Shown: piece by piece, positions 40,905-49,648 of the stretch
How the letters are laid out: each line of letters starts with the position of its first letter
Numbering within the stretch: the first letter of the stretch is position 1
Assembly: GCA_050253075.1 (NCBI GenBank)
Contig: JBFWJS010000002.1
Location: 224,001-288,000, forward strand
Source of the DNA: Deferribacterales bacterium
GTDB lineage: Bacteria; Chrysiogenota; Deferribacteres; Deferribacterales; Geovibrionaceae
Length of the DNA stretch: 64,000 nucleotides
Direction of reading: 5' to 3'
Position numbers and translations under genes: made by a program
The notes under the pieces: generated by a model
Told to the model about the DNA's origin: nothing
The model's input: only the letters and a program-made list of their open reading frames with translations
The model's database searches: none

Positions 40905-41960
40905 TTTTGCCGTATTTTCAAAGAGGGACTGATATTCCCCTTTCAGATTTTCCCAGTAGAAGCGAGACATGTCGCACTTTTCCTGCGGTCTGTTCAGGAT
41001 GAGCTCTGCACAGTGCTCCGCCTCTTCATATATATCGTCAGAGCAGGCATACAGATACTTTTTATCGAATATCTCCGTATAGGCGACCCTCTGCGGTAAA
41101 ACGGGAACACACCCTGCATCCGCAGCCTCTATGACAGACAGACCCTGAAAATCGTGCAGAGAGGTCGAGATTATCACATTGCTTGATGCGACAACATCCT
41201 CGTAGCCCTCCCTTGTGGGGGCGTAGCCCTCGTGGTCTATGTGGTCGGCGAATTCTTTCATTATCTCGCCATAGCTCTCGGGAGTGTTTCGAAATGTCTG
41301 TCCTGCCAGATTCAGCCTGAAATCAGCGCCACGCCTCTTAAGAGAACGCAGTACGGCGAGGAAACGTTCAGGAGCCTTATCATATTCCCACCTGTGGTTC
41401 CATAGGATGACAGGCTTACCGTCTGTGTCTACGCCCTTTTTCACAGGGTAAACGGGCACACTGATGACACGGCTCTTCGCCTTTATCATGTCTACGAGCC
41501 CTGCTGGCACATGGTCTGGCATTTTTTTCAGCAGAGCCGATGCGCCTTTTAAAAAGCTCTGCCTGTTGTATTCGGTATTAAAGACCACAGTGTCGGCGGC
41601 GAGAGCGTTGTATATGGATGTTATCTTTGTCTCCACCGTGCCGTATTCCGACCTGTTTTCGGGATAGTCAAACTGGTTCTCATGGAAATATACTATCAGC
41701 GGAGTGTGCGCCAGCTCAGGCACAAAGCCCCGCAGGGATGTTATATCCGTCAGAGATGTGGCAAATATGAGATCATAGCCCTTTGTCAGCTCTTCTCTGT
41801 TTTCAAAGGCAAAGCTGAGGCTGTTCCCCTTTGTCCGCCATGCAAAAAACCTCGGAGGCAGACCGAGCAGCGTGAAATCCGCATCGATATTGCTCATTAG
41901 CCCGCTATTAAGCTGTTTATGACTGACGGCATCATAGGCAGAAAGTATAAGGACTCTCAT
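40902..41960 (-). CDS. GT-B glycosyltransferase, DUF3524/GTDC1-like
   Basis: LLSAYDA.SH, LPPRFFAWR, YFHENQ..YP, WNHRWEYDK.P, HDFQGLSV.EA, P.R.AY.E. Confidence 0.85.
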   Translation of the reverse strand: MRVLILSAYDAVSHKQLNSGLMSNIDADFTLLGLPPRFFAWRTKGNSLSFAFENREELTKGYDLIFATSLTDITSLRGFVPELAHTPLIVYFHENQFDYPENRSEYGTVETKITSIYNALAADTVVFNTEYNRQSFLKGASALLKKMPDHVPAGLVDMIKAKSRVISVPVYPVKKGVDTDGKPVILWNHRWEYDKAPERFLAVLRSLKRRGADFRLNLAGQTFRNTPESYGEIMKEFADHIDHEGYAPTREGYEDVVASSNVIISTSLHDFQGLSVIEAADAGCVPVLPQRVAYTEIFDKKYLYACSDDIYEEAEHCAELILNRPQEKCDMSRFYWENLKGEYQSLFENTAK

Positions 41961-42000
41961 ATCAAACCTCCGAAACGGAGTATATCATTGATAAATTCAG

Positions 42001-42120
42001 AAAGAAATAGCCCTCTGGCCGGGGTAAAGACAGAGGGCTAATCAGGAAACAAGATAGAAAATTTACAAATGATGATCGGTCGCCGGTCGCAGACCGGATG
42101 TTGAGGATGACCGATATCTG
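42001..42120 (-). ncRNA. Candidate small RNA (~120 nt)
   Basis: Minus-strand TATATT -10 (42127-42132), 5' stem-loop (42075-42115), 10-bp terminator stem (42008-42040) followed by TTTCTTT; no ORF. Confidence 0.5.
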
Positions 42121-42126
42121 CTTATT

Positions 42127-42161
42127 AATATAGTCAGCACATCTTAAAAATACCTTAAAAA
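42127..42161 (-). promoter_or_regulatory. Direct-repeat activator site plus -10 element (SARP/OmpR-type geometry)
   Basis: TTTTTAAGGT-A-TTTTTAAGAT (11-bp period), 8-nt gap, then TATATT. Confidence 0.5.
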
Positions 42162-42297
42162 AAGACCTGTAATTTATATACTTTTAGTGATATTTTATTA
42201 AAATAGTTCGTCTGCATATCTCACAAAAGAGATAAACTTTTTATAGATTTTATGAATTTTATTTGAAAAGAAAAAACGCAATAAGATATAATAATAT

Positions 42298-45200
42298 ATG
42301 AAACACTATACACAAACAAGCCAATACATTATTGAACGAAACAAGAAGATAGAGGAATTCGCACATATCAAGGAAGGCAAAAGCATCTTCCTCATCAGTG
42401 CCATGCCGGGGTCAGGAAAAACCACATTTGCACTGCAGGCAGCAGAGAGCCTGTATCAGACCACTATCTATTATGCCATAACTGACGCAGACAAAGACCC
42501 GATATATTTCTGCCGAAACTTTTATAAGGCAATCAGGGAAGCTCTGCCGAAATTTAAATGCGCAGAAATGGAAACTGAAGAACTGGACAAACTGCAGTAT
42601 GAAACATACCTGAAAGCCGTCATAAAAAACCTGAAAAAACATAACAGGAAAAACACGGCGATAATACTGGACAACGTACACCTGCTCCCCCCTATGGGTC
42701 TGGGATGTACCGCAGTCCGCACCACCATAGCCACAGCATCGGAAAAGCTGCATTTCTTCGTCTGTTCCACCAGAATGTGCCACGACAACGCTCTGGCCGT
42801 GAAGAGAGAAAAGGACATGCTCCGCATCGGCACAGATTTCTTTAAATTCAGAAAAGATGAATTCAGCAGACTCGCTCTGATAGCCATGCAGGACAGAACA
42901 GACTTTGCAGGGACAGAGGATATATACACACTATCAGACGGATGGGCAATGGGTATAGCCGCAGGCTTCAGTATTTTCAAAAGCATGGGAAGCATCGACA
43001 CGGATGCCCTGATAGAAAGCCTTGATACACATTTTACCGAATCGATTATCCCGTCGGAGGAACAGTTTATAACAGAGATGTTCCCCATATTATCCTATCT
43101 GGACGAGATACCGATAGACCTGCTGATCATATATGCCGAAAATACAAAGCTCGTTAACTACCTGATAATGCTGTACGACAACAATGTCTTCATCAGCAAG
43201 TCTGAGAAGAACACATACATAATACACCCGCTCTTCCGCATGTGGCTGGAAAAGAAAGCGAACAAATCCATCAAGAATGTCGAAAAAGAAATATTCCTGA
43301 GCATGGCGGCTAACCGCTCACTTGAGCACGGCGATGTCATAACTGCTCTGAAATATCTTATACAAGGGAAGCTGTATTCACAGCTGGAGCAGATGATAAA
43401 GACCCATCTGGACTTCTTCCCCTGCAGCAACAGCGATATAGAGATAAACGGACTGCTGTCTCAGATACCTGAGAACATCATAAAGAAAACCCTATGGACA
43501 TCCATGGCATACGGCATCACATCCATGAACCTGAACCCCGAGCACGCCTATGCCATATTTAAATTCACCTACGATATATTCACAAAAACAGACGACAAGG
43601 TCGGCAGACTGCTGGCAGCATCGGGGCTTATAAACTTTCACTTTTTCCTGAAGTCAAACATACCTCTGGGGATGGAATACCACAACATCTCAAAGGCTCT
43701 GCTGGCAGAGCTGGAAGACAGCCTCTCCGATGTGAAGATAGGCGCAGTCGCCATATCCATAGCATACGGCGGCATGCTCAATGCTCCGCTGAACGAAAGC
43801 AAGATGTTCCTCGAAAAGGGTCAGAATGCCGTGGATAAACTGCATCTGCCGAAGCTCAAACACAGACTGCACTTCACATACGGGCTATTTTACGAGCTGA
43901 CATCAAACATGGCGATGTATAAAAAGCATACAAATCTGCTGATAGACATAGCGAAAGCCCCAGTGGGAAACGGACTGGTCTACACTGCTATGCTGATGAA
44001 GATGCACAGGTATTTCTCTATGAACGGCGACAGCAGCGCGGAGACACTGATATCCTCGTACGTACGCACGAATTGCCGCAACATGCTCTCAGCCAGCCAC
44101 GTTTACAGCTCGCTCATAGAGCTGTACGACTCTGACATGGCCCTATACACCGGCGAGACAGCTAAGCTGCACGAATATATGAGCAAGCTGGATTTCACCA
44201 ACCCCGAATACCTGCCTGCGTTCCTTTCGTCCAATGTTACAGCCTATAAAGCACTGTTGAAGGCTCTGGACTCTGACGAGGGTGCATTGAAGCTGACCGA
44301 CGAAGCATATGACGTAGCATCAGCAAGCGGCATGACAGACTATCACCTATGCAGATATATACTCTATAAAGGCGCATGTTACACTCTGCTCGGCATGCAC
44401 AGCGAAGCGAATAAAACCCTGCTCAAAACTTTGGAAACAGCACAGAACGAAGGTAACGATGCAATAGCAACATCAGCAGCCGCATACCTTTCATATCTGC
44501 ACAGCGCCATAGGAGACATGGCGACAGCAGAAGAATATGCCGTGACAGCCATGAAGTACCTCATAAAGAACCGACACGTGAAATTCCTGTGGGGCACACC
44601 CTACATAGTGCAGAACATGCTGCGTATGGCGCACAATGAAGTAACGGTAAAAGAAGAAGTGGAGCAGTTCGCCTATGAACACTGCGATCTTTGCTTCAGC
44701 TCCGAGGGGGAGATGATCCCCGTCATGACAGTGAAGACCTTCGGCGATATAGAGCTCCGCATAGGCGAAGCCGTGATGAAGTCCGACCAGCTAGCAGGTA
44801 ACTTCAGGCTGATGGTAGCCATACTGCTCTCCACAGCAAACAACACCATCCATCAGGAGAAGATACAGTCATACATATGGCCGACCAGCAACAAAGACCA
44901 CGCCAGAAAGAGCTTTGACAACCTGCTCTCACGTTTCAGGAAACTGCTGTCAGACACCTTCTACGGCATAAATCCGAAAGAATACATAAGCATCAGCAAC
45001 GGCATACTTAGACTTACAAATGTAAAAAGCAGTGCGGATGTCTTCATAACCGAGTGCGAAAACGGCGCAGCCGCTATGAAAAACCACGACTTCACCGAAG
45101 CCATAAGGTGCACGGCAAAGATCAAAGACCTGTTCGTAGACAAATTCTTCCCGCACATTATCGGCATAGAGAGCATAGACTCTAAGAGGGAAACCGCAGA

Positions 45201-45471
45201 CAGAGCAGCCATAAAGATGATGCACATGATACAGGATATGAATAAGCTCTTCCCCGACATCATACAGATGGATACATACATAGCCAAATGGCTGGATATA
45301 TTCCTCCATGAGACGGATATGGTGAAGATAGCCTATAAATTTTATTCCGATAAAGGGGATAAGGTGAAATGCAGGAATATCATAAAGAAATTCACCGCAC
45401 TGCTTGAAACGGAAGAATTCACTCAGGAGGAGATAGACGAGCTGATATTTTCTATCAAAGCTGCCGTCTAG
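42298..45471 (+). CDS. Large MalT-like STAND ATPase regulator with helical repeats and C-terminal SARP-type wHTH/BTAD-like region
   Basis: Walker A AMPGSGKTT, Walker B IILDNVH, F...E and SDGWA MalT-like motifs, HPLFR; C-terminal VKTFG.IEL...IWP...ARKSFDNLLSRFRKLL. Confidence 0.78.
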   Translation: MKHYTQTSQYIIERNKKIEEFAHIKEGKSIFLISAMPGSGKTTFALQAAESLYQTTIYYAITDADKDPIYFCRNFYKAIREALPKFKCAEMETEELDKLQYETYLKAVIKNLKKHNRKNTAIILDNVHLLPPMGLGCTAVRTTIATASEKLHFFVCSTRMCHDNALAVKREKDMLRIGTDFFKFRKDEFSRLALIAMQDRTDFAGTEDIYTLSDGWAMGIAAGFSIFKSMGSIDTDALIESLDTHFTESIIPSEEQFITEMFPILSYLDEIPIDLLIIYAENTKLVNYLIMLYDNNVFISKSEKNTYIIHPLFRMWLEKKANKSIKNVEKEIFLSMAANRSLEHGDVITALKYLIQGKLYSQLEQMIKTHLDFFPCSNSDIEINGLLSQIPENIIKKTLWTSMAYGITSMNLNPEHAYAIFKFTYDIFTKTDDKVGRLLAASGLINFHFFLKSNIPLGMEYHNISKALLAELEDSLSDVKIGAVAISIAYGGMLNAPLNESKMFLEKGQNAVDKLHLPKLKHRLHFTYGLFYELTSNMAMYKKHTNLLIDIAKAPVGNGLVYTAMLMKMHRYFSMNGDSSAETLISSYVRTNCRNMLSASHVYSSLIELYDSDMALYTGETAKLHEYMSKLDFTNPEYLPAFLSSNVTAYKALLKALDSDEGALKLTDEAYDVASASGMTDYHLCRYILYKGACYTLLGMHSEANKTLLKTLETAQNEGNDAIATSAAAYLSYLHSAIGDMATAEEYAVTAMKYLIKNRHVKFLWGTPYIVQNMLRMAHNEVTVKEEVEQFAYEHCDLCFSSEGEMIPVMTVKTFGDIELRIGEAVMKSDQLAGNFRLMVAILLSTANNTIHQEKIQSYIWPTSNKDHARKSFDNLLSRFRKLLSDTFYGINPKEYISISNGILRLTNVKSSADVFITECENGAAAMKNHDFTEAIRCTAKIKDLFVDKFFPHIIGIESIDSKRETADRAAIKMMHMIQDMNKLFPDIIQMDTYIAKWLDIFLHETDMVKIAYKFYSDKGDKVKCRNIIKKFTALLETEEFTQEEIDELIFSIKAAV

Positions 45472-45953
45472 GCTTCCAGTATCTTTTTAAGAAGGCACGA
45501 AGAGGCGATCCTGCCGTGCTCTTTCAGCACAGCGTCTATGTCCTGATTGCCCTCTGAGCGTTCCTTACGGATGCGTCTTTCTATATTTTCCTTCACAAGG
45601 GTCTGCACATCCTCTGCCGATCTTTTGGAAATATTGCTGAGTATGAGCTCTGCCACGCTTTTATCATCGATATACCAGACGGCATAGGCGATGTCCTCGA
45701 TCTTTACATTGCGCAGGATACCCTGCAGGCTCGGACGGTATTTAACCACGGCATCCTTCAAAGAAGACTGCAGAGCCTCTCTGCTCATCACGTCGTCTTC
45801 TTTCAACGCAGAGTCTATGAGAGCGTTCAGGAATTTCAGCTCGGATGAAGAGAAGCTGATGCGGATGCGTTTATCCACGGTCAGAATGAATTCTTCGCCG
45901 TTTTCCGCCTTTTCCACATTTATGTTCGTGTTGTCATCAAGCTTTACCTGCAT
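45468..45953 (-). CDS. FliG C-terminal-domain-containing protein (stand-alone)
   Basis: LQGILRNVKIEDIAYAV...ELILSNISKRSAEDV resembles FliG_C (IQ.LLR.V...L..AL...I..NMSKRAA). Confidence 0.65.
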   Translation of the reverse strand: MQVKLDDNTNINVEKAENGEEFILTVDKRIRISFSSSELKFLNALIDSALKEDDVMSREALQSSLKDAVVKYRPSLQGILRNVKIEDIAYAVWYIDDKSVAELILSNISKRSAEDVQTLVKENIERRIRKERSEGNQDIDAVLKEHGRIASSCLLKKILEA

Positions 45954-46062
45954 GGCTCTCTCCTTGTGCTTTAACTATTATAGATTTATTTAGCGGGTGT
46001 TGCACAGTAGAATTTTTATGGAGAAAAGAAAAAAGCGGAGCCGAAGCCTAAGCCTAAGCTGT

Positions 46063-46277
46063 TTAAAAGATTTGTTGCAGAATCTCTAAAACAAACACAG
46101 CCACGTCATTCTGAGCTGAGCGAAGAATCTGATACCATTAGAGAACCCACGTGTTCAGATCCTTCGGCTAAAGCCTCAGGATGACGAAAAATTTTTCTGA
46201 AACAAAAAAATCCCCGATGTTACTATAAACAAGGGGGATTTTATTATTGTGGGGCAAAATTTCAACACATCTTTTAA
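46063..46277 (-). mobile_element. MITE-like element, copy 2 (inverted relative to copy 1)
   Basis: 215 bp, TTAA at both ends, same termini and internal REP doublet as 37451-37665. Confidence 0.85.
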
Positions 46278-46328
46278 ATGACTTAGAGCCAAAGCCCCGC
46301 TTTGCAAGTGTTTAAATTTATGAGACGA

Positions 46329-47357
46329 TCACTTGGCAGCGGCTCTCGCCTCTGCGAGCCATCCGTCCCATGTTGCTTTATTATTTGCTATCCACTCGTC
46401 GGCATGCTTTGCGATGTCTTTCGCAGACTTCTCGCCTTCGTTCATGCGTGTGTTCTGAGCATTGATATCCAAGAGAGGAATTTTGAAGTCTTTCAGGAAT
46501 TTAGCGGCGGCAGGGTTCTTTTCGAGAAACTTCTTATTAGCCACTGTCATGATATCCGCAACGACAAATCCGAGCTTCACCGGATCAGTCACTGCTCCTG
46601 TCACACCGGAAACTTCCATCCTCTCCACTGCAGATTTCTGTGCATCCGTAGGATTTGTCTCTGGTACGTTTATCCATACGACATCTTTCCCCGGCTGCAT
46701 TTTAAATATAGTCCAGTTCGGTGACCATGTATAAAAGAATACAGGCTCGCCGTTCTTAAATTTTGCCAGACCTTCCGCCATGCTGGCAGAATAAGAGGCT
46801 TTGATAGGATTAATGTATTTGTCCAGTCCGTAAACGTCGAAGTGGTGAGTGATAACTTTTTCACATCCCCATCCCGGAGGACAAGCGATCAGGTCTGCTT
46901 TGCCGTCGCCGTTTGTGTCGAATGCTTTCATGACTTCAGGTCTTTTGAAGTCTTCGAGAGATTTGATGTTATACTCTTCTGCGTATTTCTTGCTTACGAG
47001 GTAGCCTTGCAGACCGCCCGCTTTAACCACGTAGCCGAGCTTTTCGGCTTTTTTATCAAAGTTTTTCGGAAGCTGTGCGTCATGCATAGGGAACCATCCG
47101 TTAACCCAGTAGTCAACATCGCCGAGGGCGACAGACTGATAAAAGAGCGGCACGGCGAGGTCTTTCACCTTTTTCACTTTATATCCGAGCTCTTCGAGCC
47201 CTTTTCTAGCCAGCTCCTCGGTAAAGAAGCCTGTGTCCCATGTCGCTCTGGCAGGCTGAAGTGTTACACCCTTGCCCGGCTTCATGTTGTCGGCAAATGC
47301 CGTAAATGTCATAGCGGCAGCTATAGCCACCGTCATCACAAAGATTTTCAATTTCAT
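46329..47357 (-). CDS. proX: Glycine betaine/proline ABC transporter substrate-binding protein
   Basis: Signal peptide; LEELGY.V, W.P.H, GLQGYL, FDTNGDGKADL.ACPPGWGCE, YTWSPNW. Confidence 0.93.
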   Translation of the reverse strand: MKLKIFVMTVAIAAAMTFTAFADNMKPGKGVTLQPARATWDTGFFTEELARKGLEELGYKVKKVKDLAVPLFYQSVALGDVDYWVNGWFPMHDAQLPKNFDKKAEKLGYVVKAGGLQGYLVSKKYAEEYNIKSLEDFKRPEVMKAFDTNGDGKADLIACPPGWGCEKVITHHFDVYGLDKYINPIKASYSASMAEGLAKFKNGEPVFFYTWSPNWTIFKMQPGKDVVWINVPETNPTDAQKSAVERMEVSGVTGAVTDPVKLGFVVADIMTVANKKFLEKNPAAAKFLKDFKIPLLDINAQNTRMNEGEKSAKDIAKHADEWIANNKATWDGWLAEARAAAK

Positions 47358-47382
47358 ATCATTCCTCCGTTTATGTCTAAAA

Positions 47383-48222
47383 TTATTTTGTTCCCATACC
47401 CTGTGTGATTCTGTCGAGCACCATAGCCATCAGCACGATGGCCAGACCGCCTATGGTCGCCAGACCGATATCAAGGGTATTCAGCCCCTGAAACACAGGT
47501 GTACCGAGACCGCCCGCACCGATAAGCGCAGCGATGACCACCATCGAAAGAGACATCATTATTGTCTGATTAAGCCCCGCCATTATGGAAGGCATGGCAA
47601 GAGGTATCTGAACCTTTCTCAGCACCTGCGAAGGTGTAGCACCGAAAGAAACGGCAGCTTCCACCAGCTCAGGGTGAACCTGTCTTATGCCGAGCCCCGT
47701 CAGCCTGATGATAGGAGGCATTGCGAAAACTATCGTCGCCAGCACACCCGATACCGTTCCGATGCTGAAGAGCATCACCACAGGCACAAGGTAAACGAAC
47801 GCGGGGGTGGTCTGCATGGCGTCTAGAAAGGGTCTGATAAACGACTCAAACCTGTCGCTCCGCCCAGACCATATGCCGAGGGGTATCCCCACCACGGCAC
47901 AAAAGAAAACCGAGCAGATCACCATAGCCAGCGTGACCATGGCATCCTCCCACAGACCGAGCATGCCTATCAGCATCATGGTGAAAACAGTGAAAAGAGT
48001 TACCCTCTTCCCTGCGTATCTGAATGCCAGAAAGGCTAGTATTATTATGAGGAGCAGCGGATGCATGGATGTCAGTGCCCATGTGATGGCGTCTAGAGAC
48101 TTCTCCACAGGGAACTTTATAAGCTGAAAGACATCACGGTAGTTCTCCACGAGGAAGTCGACACCGTCCTGTATCCATCTGTCCATCGGTATTATTCTGT
48201 CTTCGAAATCAAAAAAGCTCAT
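47383..48222 (-). CDS. proW: Glycine betaine/proline ABC transporter permease
   Basis: LDAMQTTPAFVYLVP, EAA loop ELVEAA.SFGAT, AGLNQTIM.SLSMVVIA. Confidence 0.95.
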   Translation of the reverse strand: MSFFDFEDRIIPMDRWIQDGVDFLVENYRDVFQLIKFPVEKSLDAITWALTSMHPLLLIIILAFLAFRYAGKRVTLFTVFTMMLIGMLGLWEDAMVTLAMVICSVFFCAVVGIPLGIWSGRSDRFESFIRPFLDAMQTTPAFVYLVPVVMLFSIGTVSGVLATIVFAMPPIIRLTGLGIRQVHPELVEAAVSFGATPSQVLRKVQIPLAMPSIMAGLNQTIMMSLSMVVIAALIGAGGLGTPVFQGLNTLDIGLATIGGLAIVLMAMVLDRITQGMGTK

Positions 48223-49427
48223 TATGCACCCTCCCCGCTTCTATGGAGCGTTTTGAGGAAGGTGTTCTTAGAGATCACTCCCATATATTCCCCGTTTTCG
48301 TTTAAAACGGGTGCGGGCCACGGCTTTGCCGCCACCACCGGCAGTATATCCTGAAGGGAGTCCGTCGCCTGTACGGCTGTCACATCCGCCAGAAATGCAT
48401 TCGATATATTCTTATCTTCAGCATCCACCAGCTCCTGCAGCCCCTCCACGGAAACAACGCCTTCAAACTTATTATCTTTATCCACGACATACCCATAGTC
48501 TCTGTCCTGAGTGGTAAGCCTTTGCAGGGATGATCTGGGGCCGTCACCGGGGTGCTTGATTATCGTCACCTGAGTCTTTCTGGCTATGTCGCCCGCCGAA
48601 AGGATGTTTGTAGGATCTACCCCTCTGAAAAATGCTCTGACATAGTCGTCTGCGGGGTTTTGAAGAATCTCTTCTGGTGTGCCCACCTGTACGACACGTC
48701 CGCCTTCCATGATGGCTATCCTGTCGCCTATGCGCATGGCTTCGTCAAGGTCGTGGGATATGAATACGATGGTTCGCTTTGCCTTTGACTGCAGCTTTAT
48801 CAGCTCGTCCTGCATCTCGCTCCGTATCAGCGGGTCGAGGGCACTGAAAGCCTCGTCCATCAGCATAACACCCGGATTCACTGCGAGAGCTCTGGCGAGC
48901 CCCACACGCTGTTTCATCCCTCCTGAGAGTTCGTCAGGCATGCTTTCTGCCCATGCGTCCAGCCCTACCTGCTCCAGTGCCTTTCTGGCTCTGTCCTCTC
49001 TCTCTGCTTTATCCACGCCCGACAGCTCCAGACCGAATGCGGTGTTTTCCACCACCGACATATGCGGCATAAGAGCGAAAGACTGAAAAACCATAGATAG
49101 ATCACGTCTGCGTATGTTCAGCAGCTGTTCCTTCCCCATGGATGCGACGTCCTCTCCGTCTACGTATACATGTCCGAACGTTGGCTCGATAAGCCTGTTC
49201 AGCATACGCACCAGAGTGGATTTCCCCGATCCGGAAAGCCCCATGACGACAAATATCTCACCCTCGTAAACAGTGAAACTAGCGTCCTGAACACCGACGG
49301 TCATCCCCGTCTTTTCCAGTATCTCCTCTTTCGTAAGTCCTTTGCCGAGCAGCTCTTTTGCCTTTTCAGGCTTTGGGCCGAAAATCTTATACAGATTCTC
49401 GACCCGTATCTTCTCTTTTGCGCTCAT
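48222..49427 (-). CDS. proV: Glycine betaine/proline ABC transporter ATPase with CBS domains
   Basis: [45 protein letters not shown]. Confidence 0.96.
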   Translation of the reverse strand: MSAKEKIRVENLYKIFGPKPEKAKELLGKGLTKEEILEKTGMTVGVQDASFTVYEGEIFVVMGLSGSGKSTLVRMLNRLIEPTFGHVYVDGEDVASMGKEQLLNIRRRDLSMVFQSFALMPHMSVVENTAFGLELSGVDKAEREDRARKALEQVGLDAWAESMPDELSGGMKQRVGLARALAVNPGVMLMDEAFSALDPLIRSEMQDELIKLQSKAKRTIVFISHDLDEAMRIGDRIAIMEGGRVVQVGTPEEILQNPADDYVRAFFRGVDPTNILSAGDIARKTQVTIIKHPGDGPRSSLQRLTTQDRDYGYVVDKDNKFEGVVSVEGLQELVDAEDKNISNAFLADVTAVQATDSLQDILPVVAAKPWPAPVLNENGEYMGVISKNTFLKTLHRSGEGA

Positions 49428-49488
49428 TATTGTCCTCTGAAATATTAATACATTAAAATAGTATCTATATATATTTTATATATGAATC

Positions 49489-49517
49489 ATTTTAGAGAAA
49501 GATGGATGATATGTCAA
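49489..49517 (-). promoter_or_regulatory. Sigma70 promoter of proVWX
   Basis: Minus-strand TTGACA-N17-TAAAAT, about 60 bp before the proV start. Confidence 0.7.
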
Positions 49518-49648
49518 CCTGTCGGAATTTATTGCCGGTATTGGGTTTCGAATTATTTCGTTAAAAAAATTAAATAATTTTCTTGAACGGACAGTAGTTG
49601 TATTATAAGCTATCTGAAATTTGTACAACACAATTATACAAAGGGGAT

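Noticed and set aside
42298..45471. STAND protein as an Avs-type anti-phage defence system
   Set aside because: No nuclease, TIR or SIR2 effector; it has MalT-like motifs and a C-terminal DNA-binding region, and no defence-island neighbours.
49580..49600. BetI-like operator near proV
   Set aside because: Only half matches; better explained as the -35 (TTGAAC-N17-TAAGCT) of the divergent gene.
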